Positions 37,492-47,319 of a stretch of 64,000 nucleotides of DNA are shown here, piece by piece. Every line of letters starts with the position of its first letter. The stretch's first letter is position 1. Under the pieces are notes generated by a model. The model saw only the letters and a list, made by a program, of their open reading frames with translations. It searched no databases and was not told the DNA's origin. Source of the DNA: a virus (Duplodnaviria > Heunggongvirae > Uroviricota > Caudoviricetes); the IMG/VR virus record IMGVR_UViG_3300032007_000002. The stretch is one strand, 5' to 3'. Made by a program: the position numbers and the translations under genes.

Positions 37492-38178
37492 CTATCCTGA
37501 TTTCTTCCGGTATTTATTCCATTCGTTTTCATCCGGGATAATCTTGCCGATTTCCACGCCGAACTGATAGACCGCTGTAAGGGCCTTCGCATTGCTGGGG
37601 TAATACCGTATCTGTTCTTGCCCAGCTTTCAGGAAATCAATGTATTCCTGCTGCCGGTCAACCATAGATTGGAGTTTAGAGACAGAATACTTGTCGAGTG
37701 CACGCATCTCGTCCGTATCGCCGTCTATATTGGTCTCCGTGTTGCCCTCAACGAGCGTATTTATCTCCGAGTTCGTAGGAGACCAGCCGATGCGCGTGTT
37801 GCGCATGCGTTCCAGCGTCCTTGCCTTCTTCTCGCGGAGCATCTTCTGCATGCTTTCCAGGCGGAGCTTTTCCTGCATGACGAGACCGGCCATCTCGATT
37901 GCGGCCGCGCCCATGTTGTATGTGCCGTTATAGACCATCTTGTGCAGGTCCGGGTCGCCCTCCTCGTTCGTGGAGTCCAGGGTGGCCATGAGGAAATCCC
38001 TGACCTTGATAATCTTCTCGTCCGTCTGGAGTTCCGAAATCGGGACACCCTTGGTCCGCTTCGGCTTCGGCTTAGGTGCCGACGCCACGACCTGCTCCTG
38101 CTGGGCCGTAAATTGCTGGGTAGCCTGTCTGGCCATCGCATCGGTGGCCTGCTTATATGCTGCAAATGGATCACTCAT
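37492..38178 (-). CDS. uvsY: Recombination mediator, UvsY-like (start MSDPF)
   Basis: EINTLVEG...KLQ....RQQEYIDFLK...QIR C-terminal pattern. Confidence 0.55.
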   Translation of the reverse strand: MSDPFAAYKQATDAMARQATQQFTAQQEQVVASAPKPKPKRTKGVPISELQTDEKIIKVRDFLMATLDSTNEEGDPDLHKMVYNGTYNMGAAAIEMAGLVMQEKLRLESMQKMLREKKARTLERMRNTRIGWSPTNSEINTLVEGNTETNIDGDTDEMRALDKYSVSKLQSMVDRQQEYIDFLKAGQEQIRYYPSNAKALTAVYQFGVEIGKIIPDENEWNKYRKKSG

Positions 38179-38210
38179 GTCCAAAATATACCAAAATTGG
38201 GGACCAAATA

Positions 38211-38240
38211 CAAGAAAGCCGGCCATCGCTGGCCGGCTTG
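38211..38240 (-). terminator. Terminator after tail tube gene
   Basis: AAGCCGGCCA/TGGCCGGCTT stem. Confidence 0.7.
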
Positions 38241-38265
38241 TGGGAGCTGAAACGTGTCCGGTTGA

Positions 38266-39024
38266 TTACGGCTTGTCACCCACAACTACATAGCCCTTCT
38301 TCGGGACGTAGATGTTCGGGCGGTCATACGCGAACGTTGCCGTCCACGTAGCGATGTCCGCCTGTTCCTTGTACTCCGGCGTCTGGTCAATCTTGACCTC
38401 GAACGGCCAGGCGTTGACGTAGCACACGCTCATGATGCAGTTGAGGTGGTGCCAGTCGAACATCTCGCAACGGATTGCCGCGTTGCGGAGAAGGCCGGAA
38501 TACTCGTTGCCGTAGTTCGCCTGCTGGCCAGCACCAAGATAAATCTTGTTGTTGCCTTCATTCGTCGTGCGGCTAGAGTCGGAGTCGAGCATCGCCGTGG
38601 TCGGGCTTTCGGAAAGAAGGCCGCAGTTGAAGAGCTGCTCCTTCCAGGCGACGAGCGTCTCGTAGGCCTTCAAGTCCTCATAGAGGTAGCCCTTGATGCT
38701 GAACTGGCCGGCAATGCCTTCCTGTCCAACGGGGACCTGGTGAGGGAAGTTCGAGTACACGATGCTCTTCTTGGCGATCTTGACGTTCGGCAGTTCCGGC
38801 ATCTTCAAGATGCGGATTGCGAACTCATGCTCACCGCCGCTGTTGGCGAACGAGTCCCCGTTGGAGGGCTCAACGCCGACAAGGCCGAAGATGCTGGTCG
38901 GGATGACCAAGCGTGCACGGGTGGTGCGCCACGGATCCGTGAGATGGTCAATGGCGCCGCCCCAGAAGGCGACCTTTTTCTGCTCTTCCGAGAGGGTATT
39001 GTATATTCCTTCGCTTCTTGCCAT
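38266..39024 (-). CDS. gp19: Tail tube protein, T4 gp19-like
   Basis: Follows the sheath gene; ELPN.....,YED..AYETLVAW and NAWP....TWTATFAYD motifs. Confidence 0.75.
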   Translation of the reverse strand: MARSEGIYNTLSEEQKKVAFWGGAIDHLTDPWRTTRARLVIPTSIFGLVGVEPSNGDSFANSGGEHEFAIRILKMPELPNVKIAKKSIVYSNFPHQVPVGQEGIAGQFSIKGYLYEDLKAYETLVAWKEQLFNCGLLSESPTTAMLDSDSSRTTNEGNNKIYLGAGQQANYGNEYSGLLRNAAIRCEMFDWHHLNCIMSVCYVNAWPFEVKIDQTPEYKEQADIATWTATFAYDRPNIYVPKKGYVVVGDKP

Positions 39025-39036
39025 GATTCATTCTCC

Positions 39037-42000
39037 TTAGATCAGTGCGGTTGTGACCTGGTTGCCGTTTTCAGTCTTCACAAGTTCGGTCTTGAGCTGG
39101 ATCCAGCGGGCCGTCTTGGTCGGGCGAATACGGAGCCAAACATTGAGTTTGCCCTGGTCAATCACCGGTTGCGGGTTGTTGGTTTCGTTACAGATGCACT
39201 CTGCCATGTAGAAGCCGGACGGGCGGGCGTTCTTGATGGAGTCGAGCGATGCCTGGATGGTGGACTGGATGTCCGCACGGACTTCCGGCGTGTTCAGGTC
39301 GAACACGTAGTTGTCCAGGTAGTGGTAGTACATCTTGTGGATGCCGGCCACCAACATCGCAACGTGGATCTGGTTGAACGCAGTGTCTTCCATCTGCAAG
39401 GTCCAGTCGCCCCAGAAGAAGTTGCCCTTCTTGGTGCAGCGCGTCGGGTTGACGTGGATGTTGATGAGCCTTGCGATGTCGGACGTGGTGTCTTCCGGGT
39501 AAGAGTAGCGGCGCGGGTACTTCTCGGAAGTTCCCCATGCGCTCGGGACACCACCCTTCTTCTTACCGGCAGGCGGGTACCAGAAGATGGAGCCGCTGCG
39601 GTTTGCCGTCACGAGGGCAGCAATCTGAACGGACTTGTCGATGTCCACCACGTTGTGCGTGTAGAAGTTGTCCATCACGCGGCCCTTGCCGTCGTAGAGC
39701 GCGGCCCAGCGGCCGAGCGTAGTCGGGAAGGAGGTTGCGCCGTCATACTTCTTCAACGCCTTCGCGATTTCGGCTTCGCCGATACCGCCGAGGAGCGCGA
39801 AACAGTCCTTACGGGCTTCGCAAACCGTCATGATTGCGCTCATGACCTGCGTGTTGAGGGTTTCGATGTCCTTCATGCCGAAGTTGTTGATGTTCGTACC
39901 CGCGGAGACGAGGAACGAGACATCGGAGCCGTCCTTGTCGAGGAACAGGTTCCAGACCGTGGCGAGGGTGCTCGTGGACATGTTGTTGGCAGGCTGGTAA
40001 ACCCACACAGCGTCGTTCACGATAGCCGGGTCATCCGGGTTGAAGGAGATGCAGGTGCTTGAACCGTCGAGAACACCGTTGTAGATGGTCTGGGACAGGT
40101 CGTAGGAGTTGTTGTCCAGGAAGTTGTCGAGCACGCCGCTCTCGTTGAGGAGGAACGACACGCCGGTGTCCGCAAGTTCGAAGCCTGCGGCGTATTCGAT
40201 GGACAGCTGGGTCTGACCGTTGAGCACATACGGGACAACGGTTCCTTCGAACTCATACACGTTTCCGTTGAAGCGATACTGCACGTTGAGGAAGAGACGG
40301 GCGACGTTTTCGCCGTCGGCAGTCAGAGCATACACTTGCTTCGGGTTGCCGGTGAACTCGACGTCCTCATACTTCGTGGTAGCGAGGCCGAGGCCGAGGA
40401 AGGTTGCACCGATTTCAGCGCTTGCGAGGCACTTGCTGGACTTTTCGACGATGTACTGGTCCTTGCCCATACCCGGGTTGATGTAGGCCTTGCCGTCATA
40501 GTCGGCAACGAGCACCAGGTTGGTGTCGGTGACCAACAATGCACCGGTATCGGTTGCAAGGGCCTTGCCCTGGGTGGTCAGGCTGAACTGGGCAGCGTTC
40601 TGGGCAGCCGTCGGAACATAGAGCGAGTAGGCGCCGACCACGAAGAACTGGCCGATGTCAACGCTCTTGGTGAACTGGACCGTGTAGGAGATGCCTTCGC
40701 CGCGGAGCTTTTTCAGCGGGTCCTTGACGATGACAAAGCCACCGGTGAGACCAACCACAGTGAACGTCTGCGGATCCGGGTCAATGTAGGAATTGTCGCC
40801 ATCCGTAATGGCCAGCACGTCCCCGACCTGAACCTTGCCGTCCAAGTCAGTGTTTTCAATGGCCATCTTGGAGCACTCGACACCGTAGGTTTCGACACCG
40901 CCGGAAACTTCGGACCAGGTAGTGTCGTCGAGGGTGAGCACGGTTTCGATGGTATGTGCACTTGCATACACATCCATTGCGGCGCCGGTGAGGTCAATCA
41001 ACTGGTAGAAGTGTTCACCGGCAGTGTCGTCCATGCCTTCCGGGAGGGCGTCAAGGGTGATTTCGCCGGTCATCACGTTGATTGCCGTGATCTTGGCGGT
41101 GCCAACGACCGGGTTGTGCCACTTTTCCATGAACTCGGTAATTTCGGCTTCCGTGTTCACCTTGGTAGTGCCGGAGCCGAGCACGACAGCGACTGAATCG
41201 CCGACAGCGTATTCCAGCGCGGCGCTCGTGTCGAGCTTGAGCTTGTTGGCCTTCAAGTCGAAGGTGACGATGTCGTTCACGACTGCACGGTTGTTGTAAC
41301 CGACCGCGGAAGTGCGGAAGGCCTTGGCGATGGTCTTGACCACGTCGCCCCAGCTCTTTGCGTCGCTGATGTCGGCGAACACGCTGTCAACCTTTTCGCT
41401 GAACTCGGAGATGTAGGAAGATTCGACCGCGATGGAATCGAGGCCGGAACCGTCGAGCTCTTCGTTCGGGGTGCAGAGATACTTGGCAGCATTGGTAACG
41501 GTGACGGCCGTCGTGCTGTATTCGGTGTATGCGCCGGAAGAAGACACGATGAACTTCACTGTGATGACGTCGCCATCAAAGAGGGTCACGTTGCCGTCAG
41601 CATTTTCAATGCGGAACACACCTGCCGGGAGGGCGTTGCCGTCCACGTCAGTGGTCTTGAAGGAGATTGCGCCGAGCGAGTTGAACTCGTTGTTGATGAT
41701 GCGGACCGGGATGATACCGTTGTTGGCATCGTTCACGATGATGCAGGAACCGTTCGGGAGAGAATCCTTGACGGAGAAACGTTCGCCGGCAGCGAAGTCG
41801 GCAATGTTCATCACCGTGAAGGTCTTTGCGCCACGACCGGCAACGGCGGTCTTGACCGTGAGGTAGTCGAAGCCGTCGGCAACAGCAGTCGCGTCGCTGC
41901 AATAGAAGGCAACGGACGGACGGTTGTAGCTTTCCAGGTAGGAGCTGTCATCCGGGGACACGGAAACGTCGAACTCGTCGATTGAGAGAACGGTCGCGCT

Positions 42001-42783
42001 GGCGAACTGGTTGCTTGCGCCACCTTCCGTGATCGGGAAGTAGAGCTTTTCGCCGACCGAGAAGGTCGGACGGGCACCGAGGGTCAGGGTGAGCGTCTTG
42101 CTGACCAGGTTGGTCTGGACGTCGACGATGTCGTAGGACTCGTAGGCGCGGTTGGCGCTGCTCGGGTCGCTGTTGATAATCGCAAAGAGGACGGTGTCGG
42201 TCGGAGCCTTCTTGCGTTCGTTGTCATACCAGCGGCATGCCTTGCTGTCGGTGAACTCTTCACCGGCGCTTACTGCGAAGTCAACGTTCTTGCCGGACTT
42301 CACAGTCTCGGCGATGTTGTTGATCTTGCGGCGCACGCCGAAATCGGCGGCAGCATCGGTCTTGAAGCGGGTTGCCGCGAAGTGCTTCATCTGGAAAGAG
42401 TTCTTCGGCTGTCCGTCATACCGGAAAGCGTTGCGGTCGTAGGTCACGACGAACGCATCGGACTTGAGGTCCCTCTTGTACGGGCTGGACTTGTCGATTT
42501 CTTCGCCGTAGGGGCGAACGAACTCAACCACGCCACCGTTGTCGATGACGCCACGGGCGGCATACAGGCCCTGGTTGTATTTGGCATTGTTGTAGCCATA
42601 TCCGAGTATGGCATCCATCGCGCCGGAGTTCGAGATGTTGAGGATCTTGTTCATCTCGCCTTTTGCGGCGAAACCAACAATACCGGCAATGGCGGACGGG
42701 TTCTGAACCTCGCCATAGGCGGAATTATCCTCGATCGAAAGCAGAACTCCAGGGGCGCACAGGTCACCCATCTTTGTAGCCAT
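39037..42783 (-). CDS. gp18: Tail sheath protein, gp18-like (1248 aa)
   Basis: APGV...ED.S, GIVGFAAKG, RKDCFAL, WYPPAG..G, WGDWTL, CNETNN...ID...L.V...I.PTK motifs. Confidence 0.92.
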   Translation of the reverse strand: MATKMGDLCAPGVLLSIEDNSAYGEVQNPSAIAGIVGFAAKGEMNKILNISNSGAMDAILGYGYNNAKYNQGLYAARGVIDNGGVVEFVRPYGEEIDKSSPYKRDLKSDAFVVTYDRNAFRYDGQPKNSFQMKHFAATRFKTDAAADFGVRRKINNIAETVKSGKNVDFAVSAGEEFTDSKACRWYDNERKKAPTDTVLFAIINSDPSSANRAYESYDIVDVQTNLVSKTLTLTLGARPTFSVGEKLYFPITEGGASNQFASATVLSIDEFDVSVSPDDSSYLESYNRPSVAFYCSDATAVADGFDYLTVKTAVAGRGAKTFTVMNIADFAAGERFSVKDSLPNGSCIIVNDANNGIIPVRIINNEFNSLGAISFKTTDVDGNALPAGVFRIENADGNVTLFDGDVITVKFIVSSSGAYTEYSTTAVTVTNAAKYLCTPNEELDGSGLDSIAVESSYISEFSEKVDSVFADISDAKSWGDVVKTIAKAFRTSAVGYNNRAVVNDIVTFDLKANKLKLDTSAALEYAVGDSVAVVLGSGTTKVNTEAEITEFMEKWHNPVVGTAKITAINVMTGEITLDALPEGMDDTAGEHFYQLIDLTGAAMDVYASAHTIETVLTLDDTTWSEVSGGVETYGVECSKMAIENTDLDGKVQVGDVLAITDGDNSYIDPDPQTFTVVGLTGGFVIVKDPLKKLRGEGISYTVQFTKSVDIGQFFVVGAYSLYVPTAAQNAAQFSLTTQGKALATDTGALLVTDTNLVLVADYDGKAYINPGMGKDQYIVEKSSKCLASAEIGATFLGLGLATTKYEDVEFTGNPKQVYALTADGENVARLFLNVQYRFNGNVYEFEGTVVPYVLNGQTQLSIEYAAGFELADTGVSFLLNESGVLDNFLDNNSYDLSQTIYNGVLDGSSTCISFNPDDPAIVNDAVWVYQPANNMSTSTLATVWNLFLDKDGSDVSFLVSAGTNINNFGMKDIETLNTQVMSAIMTVCEARKDCFALLGGIGEAEIAKALKKYDGATSFPTTLGRWAALYDGKGRVMDNFYTHNVVDIDKSVQIAALVTANRSGSIFWYPPAGKKKGGVPSAWGTSEKYPRRYSYPEDTTSDIARLINIHVNPTRCTKKGNFFWGDWTLQMEDTAFNQIHVAMLVAGIHKMYYHYLDNYVFDLNTPEVRADIQSTIQASLDSIKNARPSGFYMAECICNETNNPQPVIDQGKLNVWLRIRPTKTARWIQLKTELVKTENGNQVTTALI

Positions 42784-42909
42784 GATTTCCTCTCAGGTTG
42801 GTGATTTTACGCTTCTAGTTTAATAGGTGGGCACGTTTTTTCGTGGCATGCCGGCACCGGGGATATAAACTATGGTCGAAAACCACACAAAACGCCCGAA
42901 AGAGGAACC

Positions 42910-43974
42910 ATGGACGGAGTCGCAGTAAACGAAGAACTGAACAACATCAAGGACCGTTTCCCGGAGGAAACCGCCCTGGTCGAAAGTGTGCAGAAGCTGT
43001 TCAACAAGGAAGTGCAGATTATCTCGGACCGCAGCATCAGGGCCCTGAAAGCCTTCCCGATGCAGTTCACGAAGCGAATTCCGACAGCCGACGGCGAATG
43101 GACGACCCAGTTGCACATCTGGGCGGATAACCAGGTCGCCGAACTGCTCGACATCGACCCGCTCGTCCTCACCGCCCGCAACTCGGACGGCGAATGTGTC
43201 CTCATGAGCCTCCTCATGGCGGCAACTGGCCGCTTCACACAGCAGGTGAACTATCCGCTCATCCAGAAAATCCTCGACAAGGACATGCAGTTCCAGTATC
43301 TGACCGAGCCAGGCGACGAAAGCTCGGTCCAGACCGGCAACGTGTGGGACGAGGAAGACCTCGACCACAAGACCCCGCTCGAATACCTCGCCGACTTCGC
43401 GAAGGGAACTGGCGTCTTCGGCGGATGTGGGCAGGATCCCCTCGTGAGACAGATGCTCGAAAACTTTGCAGACCGCCCCGAACCGGACAATGGCCCCGGC
43501 GAACCGCTTTCCGACCCCAACTTCGATGAAAACCAGGCCAAGAAGGCCATCGAACAGTCGGAAGCCCAGCTCGCGACAACCGCGGAGACCAACCCGCAGA
43601 ATATTCCTACTGCGGACCAGATTGTCCAACAGCAGGAACAGGCCCAGCAGCCTGCCGCACCGGCACAGCCGGCAGCACCTGCCCAACCTGTCCAGCAAGC
43701 AGCACAGCAACCCCAGCCAGTCGCACAGCAACCGGCACAGCAGGTACAGCCTGCCCCTGTCCAAGCTCCGGCTCCGGCACCCGCACCGACCCAAGCTCCT
43801 GCACCGGCCCCGGCACCCGCCGAAGAGCCGACCGTTTCGGTCCGTGAACGCTGTAAGCAAATCCTCGAAAGCAACCCAACCGTGAACGACCCGGATGCTG
43901 CCCCGATCGCCGGAAGCAAGAAACTGCTCGAAGCGCTCGTCACCATCGGGAAGAACACAATAGACTTCTCGTAA
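42910..43974 (+). CDS. Late protein with possible degenerate ankyrin repeats and Q/P/A linker
   Basis: TATAAACTA at 42864-42872; TTQLHIWA, RNSDGECVLM and DLDHKTPLEY segments. Confidence 0.55.
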   Translation: MDGVAVNEELNNIKDRFPEETALVESVQKLFNKEVQIISDRSIRALKAFPMQFTKRIPTADGEWTTQLHIWADNQVAELLDIDPLVLTARNSDGECVLMSLLMAATGRFTQQVNYPLIQKILDKDMQFQYLTEPGDESSVQTGNVWDEEDLDHKTPLEYLADFAKGTGVFGGCGQDPLVRQMLENFADRPEPDNGPGEPLSDPNFDENQAKKAIEQSEAQLATTAETNPQNIPTADQIVQQQEQAQQPAAPAQPAAPAQPVQQAAQQPQPVAQQPAQQVQPAPVQAPAPAPAPTQAPAPAPAPAEEPTVSVRERCKQILESNPTVNDPDAAPIAGSKKLLEALVTIGKNTIDFS

Positions 43975-44369
43975 TGAAACTCATTTTCTGTTCATTTCCG
44001 CTTTTCAATGAAATACTCCCCTCGCTAGACAGTGAGGGGATGTCTCTCCTGCACACAATGATCGGCAAGAACGACTATTCCACGAAAACCGTGGCATACC
44101 TTGTCGGCTCAAATGCAAAGAACGCCCTCCTCGGGGCGGTCATCTTCTCGCATACCGGGGACACCGGCGCGATCCATACATTGTGTGTCAGGGATGGCAT
44201 TCAAAAGAAAGGCCTTGGCACCCGTCTTGTGGACAGTGTCAAGGCCGGGTGTGCCACCGTAACCGTAAACGGGATACACACCGCATTAGATTTCTACAAG
44301 AAACTGGGGTTCGTTCCGGTCGATAAAGACGATCCGGGACCGGTCATTCCCCTTGTTTGGCATCGCTGA
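43974..44369 (+). CDS. GNAT acetyltransferase
   Basis: LCV...QKKGLGTRLV and ALDFYKKLGF motifs. Confidence 0.85.
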   Translation: MKLIFCSFPLFNEILPSLDSEGMSLLHTMIGKNDYSTKTVAYLVGSNAKNALLGAVIFSHTGDTGAIHTLCVRDGIQKKGLGTRLVDSVKAGCATVTVNGIHTALDFYKKLGFVPVDKDDPGPVIPLVWHR

Positions 44370-45120
44370 AAAGCCCTTCCCGCATATCGTCAAACGCTAG
44401 AACCATAATCGGCTCCGGCTTGCCGTCCTTGACCCACTTGGTCAAGATTTCGTCGATTTTCTTTTCAGTATCGTCGCCGAACTGCGCCCTCATCAATTCG
44501 ACGCATTTGCCGTATTCATAGACGGGGACGGTATCGACCTGCATAGAGCATTCCGGGTCCGGGATGCCGGCATCCAACGCATCGGCTATGCCAATCATCG
44601 CCTCGCGAGGAAACTCTGGAATAATGCCCCCGACCTCGTTTTCTTCGAGTTTGTCGTCACGTTCACCTGGCTCAAAGGCATCATACATCACCGGGGCGCT
44701 TTCATGCAGATAAGGGAGCGACCTCTTGGTATTGTAGTCGAACCATTCCATGGCGTCCGTGTATGCACGGTCCTCCGGGGTCTCGCCTTCGTCAAGTTCA
44801 TCCGCGTTCGGAGTAAATGTCTTGGCAAGCTCGTCGATGCAACGGGAGCTCTCATATACGGAAACTACAACCGTTTCCAGTTTCTGGTTATCCGTGAGCT
44901 TGACTTGCTCCCCGTATTTTACGCGAGAGTAAGTCGGGCGCTTGACATCCTTCGGCTCCACTACGTAGGTAAACTTCGCCGTGCCAATCATCGCACCCTC
45001 CATATCATGAAGGAGGATGACATGTCCGGCCTCGTTATCCCGCTCGCAGGCAACCTTAATCCTTGCCTGGACTTCCTGTGACAGTGAGGCGATATATGCC
45101 TCGTCTTCGGAATTAGACAT
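44344..45120 (-). CDS. Hypothetical protein with internal duplication (start MSNSED)
   Basis: GGAG RBS; two AMIG...VYE..[RK]C[IV][DE] modules. Confidence 0.65.
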   Translation of the reverse strand: MSNSEDEAYIASLSQEVQARIKVACERDNEAGHVILLHDMEGAMIGTAKFTYVVEPKDVKRPTYSRVKYGEQVKLTDNQKLETVVVSVYESSRCIDELAKTFTPNADELDEGETPEDRAYTDAMEWFDYNTKRSLPYLHESAPVMYDAFEPGERDDKLEENEVGGIIPEFPREAMIGIADALDAGIPDPECSMQVDTVPVYEYGKCVELMRAQFGDDTEKKIDEILTKWVKDGKPEPIMVLAFDDMREGLFSDAKQGE

Positions 45121-45139
45121 TTTGTATCTCCAATTTTTA

Positions 45140-45289
45140 TTACGGTTCCACGGCCATCGTTCGCAGCGTTTCCATGTGCTCATCGACTTTCGCGGCTTCG
45201 GCAAATGCCCGGTCAGCGGCTTCCGGGTCCGCCCCCTGGCTTGCCATGACTTCGGCCTGCTCGGGGGAAATCCCGAACAGGTCGGCCAA
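45140..45289 (-). CDS. Possible small protein (TTG start)
   Basis: Fills the gap after gp62 (ADLFGISPEQAEVM...). Confidence 0.35.
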   Translation of the reverse strand: MADLFGISPEQAEVMASQGADPEAADRAFAEAAKVDEHMETLRTMAVEP

Positions 45290-45290
45290 C

Positions 45291-45707
45291 TTACTTGCCT
45301 TTTCTGAACTTGGGGTACTTGGCCTGGATGACATCGTAGGCCTCCTCCACATACTTCCGGTCAATGACACCGGCCTTGACATTAGCCCAGGCGGAATTGT
45401 GCGACATGTCATAGACAACCATCACCTTGTTGATGAAGGCATCGCGGGCCGCAAGGACTTCGGTCTTCGCCCTGCACCACCGGTTGTCAACCTGCATGCC
45501 GCCAAGCGCCTTGAACGTCTTGGCCTGGAGTTCAAGCGGCAGCTTCGTAAAGTTGGTATTGTTGAGACCGTTCGCGATCTTGATGTACCTGCGGTCCATG
45601 GAAAGGGACTGCAAGACATTGTATGCCTTGAACTCGCCGATTTCCGCATCGCTCAGCGGGAGCTTCTCGATACGGTTATTCAGAAAGGTAAACGCATTGA
45701 ACCCCAT
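45291..45707 (-). CDS. gp62: Clamp loader small subunit, gp62-like
   Basis: Follows gp44; F.AYNVLQSLS......IANGLN pattern. Confidence 0.7.
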   Translation of the reverse strand: MGFNAFTFLNNRIEKLPLSDAEIGEFKAYNVLQSLSMDRRYIKIANGLNNTNFTKLPLELQAKTFKALGGMQVDNRWCRAKTEVLAARDAFINKVMVVYDMSHNSAWANVKAGVIDRKYVEEAYDVIQAKYPKFRKGK

Positions 45708-45716
45708 CGGCTCCCC

Positions 45717-46943
45717 CTATTGACGGCCCATGCCGTTCTGGCCCGACCAATGTTGCGGCTGGGCGCCCTGCTGGGCATACTGGACGCGCTGCTGCGGTTG
45801 TGGCTGTGCCTGGACCTGCGGGCGAGGTTGCATCTGTTGTTGCGGCTGTGCCTGCTGCATCGCGGCAAGCTGTTCGGCGGTAAGTTCCGGCGCCTTCTGC
45901 GGTGTCTGGAACCAGCCTACCTGATGGACAAGCATCGCGGTGGCGGACAGGTAACCAAACAGCATCGTTTCCGGGTCAACCTGGCCACGGGTGTCCGCGA
46001 GTGCATCCGCAGTAATCTTGCCGAACGAGAACAGGCCACGGTCGTTGATACGGTCGAACGCATATTTGCTGAACGGGATGTAAATGCTCATGGGGTCTTC
46101 CACATTGGAAGACAGATACATTCTGAGGCCACGGGGATCGTTGCGAATGACATAGTTCCAAATGTCGGCGATGGTCTGGGCGCTCGCGAAAATGCTGGGC
46201 CTGCCGACCACGTTTCCGCCATTCTTGAGGAAGGTCACGTGGAGGCTCACAATCATCGAGCGGATGTCCGGGTAGCATGCGTTGAACGTGTCGATAATCG
46301 TCTGGCGCTCATAGCGGCCGTTGACCGCAGCCACTTCCTGCTTCACGATAAATTCGAGGCGTTCGAAGATGGAGCGCTTGTAGAACTTGATTTCGTCATC
46401 GGTGCAACCGTGCAAAGAGAACTCGATGGGGATGCAGCGGGACTTGATGGCCGGGCGAACTTGCCAGATGTCGTTACAGGTCAGGATGAAACGGAGGGTC
46501 GCGGTCGAGGATTCGATTACCGACTGAAGTTCCTTGAAGAACTTCTCCGGGTTGAGCGCCTTGTCCACTTCGTCGATAATCACGAAACGCGGCTTGCCGT
46601 CGCTCACGCGGAACATCTTGTACTGTTCAATTTCGTTAATCACCTCGCTGGCCTTGCCATAGAGGAACTTGCTTTCCGTCCCGAGGATGTTCGGGATTGC
46701 CCTGGCAAGACTGGTCTTGCCGGTTCCCGGGCTGCCGGAATACAGGACATAGTTTCCGAAACTATTGAGTCGGAGGGCCGTATCGACCATGCGCCGGATT
46801 GACGGCGGGAGGATAATTTCATTGAGGGTCTTCCCTCGGTATTTTTCTTCCCACGGAAGGGAGAGTGGGGTTTCCTTGGACGGGTCCGCTTGCTTTGCAG
46901 CAGCGACCTGCGCACCCTTGGCAGTAAGCAAACTTGAAGACAT
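45717..46943 (-). CDS. gp44: Clamp loader AAA+ subunit, gp44-like, Q-rich tail
   Basis: WEEKYR, SPGTGKTS, IIDEVD, FILTCN, SRC and YPDIR motifs. Confidence 0.92.
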   Translation of the reverse strand: MSSSLLTAKGAQVAAAKQADPSKETPLSLPWEEKYRGKTLNEIILPPSIRRMVDTALRLNSFGNYVLYSGSPGTGKTSLARAIPNILGTESKFLYGKASEVINEIEQYKMFRVSDGKPRFVIIDEVDKALNPEKFFKELQSVIESSTATLRFILTCNDIWQVRPAIKSRCIPIEFSLHGCTDDEIKFYKRSIFERLEFIVKQEVAAVNGRYERQTIIDTFNACYPDIRSMIVSLHVTFLKNGGNVVGRPSIFASAQTIADIWNYVIRNDPRGLRMYLSSNVEDPMSIYIPFSKYAFDRINDRGLFSFGKITADALADTRGQVDPETMLFGYLSATAMLVHQVGWFQTPQKAPELTAEQLAAMQQAQPQQQMQPRPQVQAQPQPQQRVQYAQQGAQPQHWSGQNGMGRQ

Positions 46944-47001
46944 TATATACCACTCGATAAAGTTTCTCGATGAAATATAGCAAAATCGCTAAACTATGTG
47001 C

Positions 47002-47319
47002 ATGGATAGGTCTTTCCCCAAATTCATCGCATCATTGGATGTCCTCGATCCGCAACTAAAGGCCAAAATCGGGACCCGCTACGAGTCATATCTCGAAGCG
47101 CTCGCCACCGACGTAATGCCGCAACAGGCAATCCCGGACATCGGGACCTGCGTCAACCTGCAGGTCGATAACCCGTATTTCGATGAAAAGACTTCAATAA
47201 AGGGAAAGCGTAAGGAAATCGCCGAGGAAGCAAAGCACAACCGGGGCGGGGCTACCAATTACCCGAAACCGGGAAGGACTACCCTCGGCCTGCCGGATAA
47301 CTGCACGGCGATTAGATAG
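47002..47319 (+). CDS. Hypothetical late protein
   Basis: GCTAAACTA at 46988-46996, 5 nt before the ATG. Confidence 0.55.
   Translation: MDRSFPKFIASLDVLDPQLKAKIGTRYESYLEALATDVMPQQAIPDIGTCVNLQVDNPYFDEKTSIKGKRKEIAEEAKHNRGGATNYPKPGRTTLGLPDNCTAIR

Noticed and set aside
43620-43830. CAG/CCG-rich repeats (also 18150-18280 and 45750-45870)
   Set aside because: Explained by Gln/Pro/Ala low-complexity protein linkers
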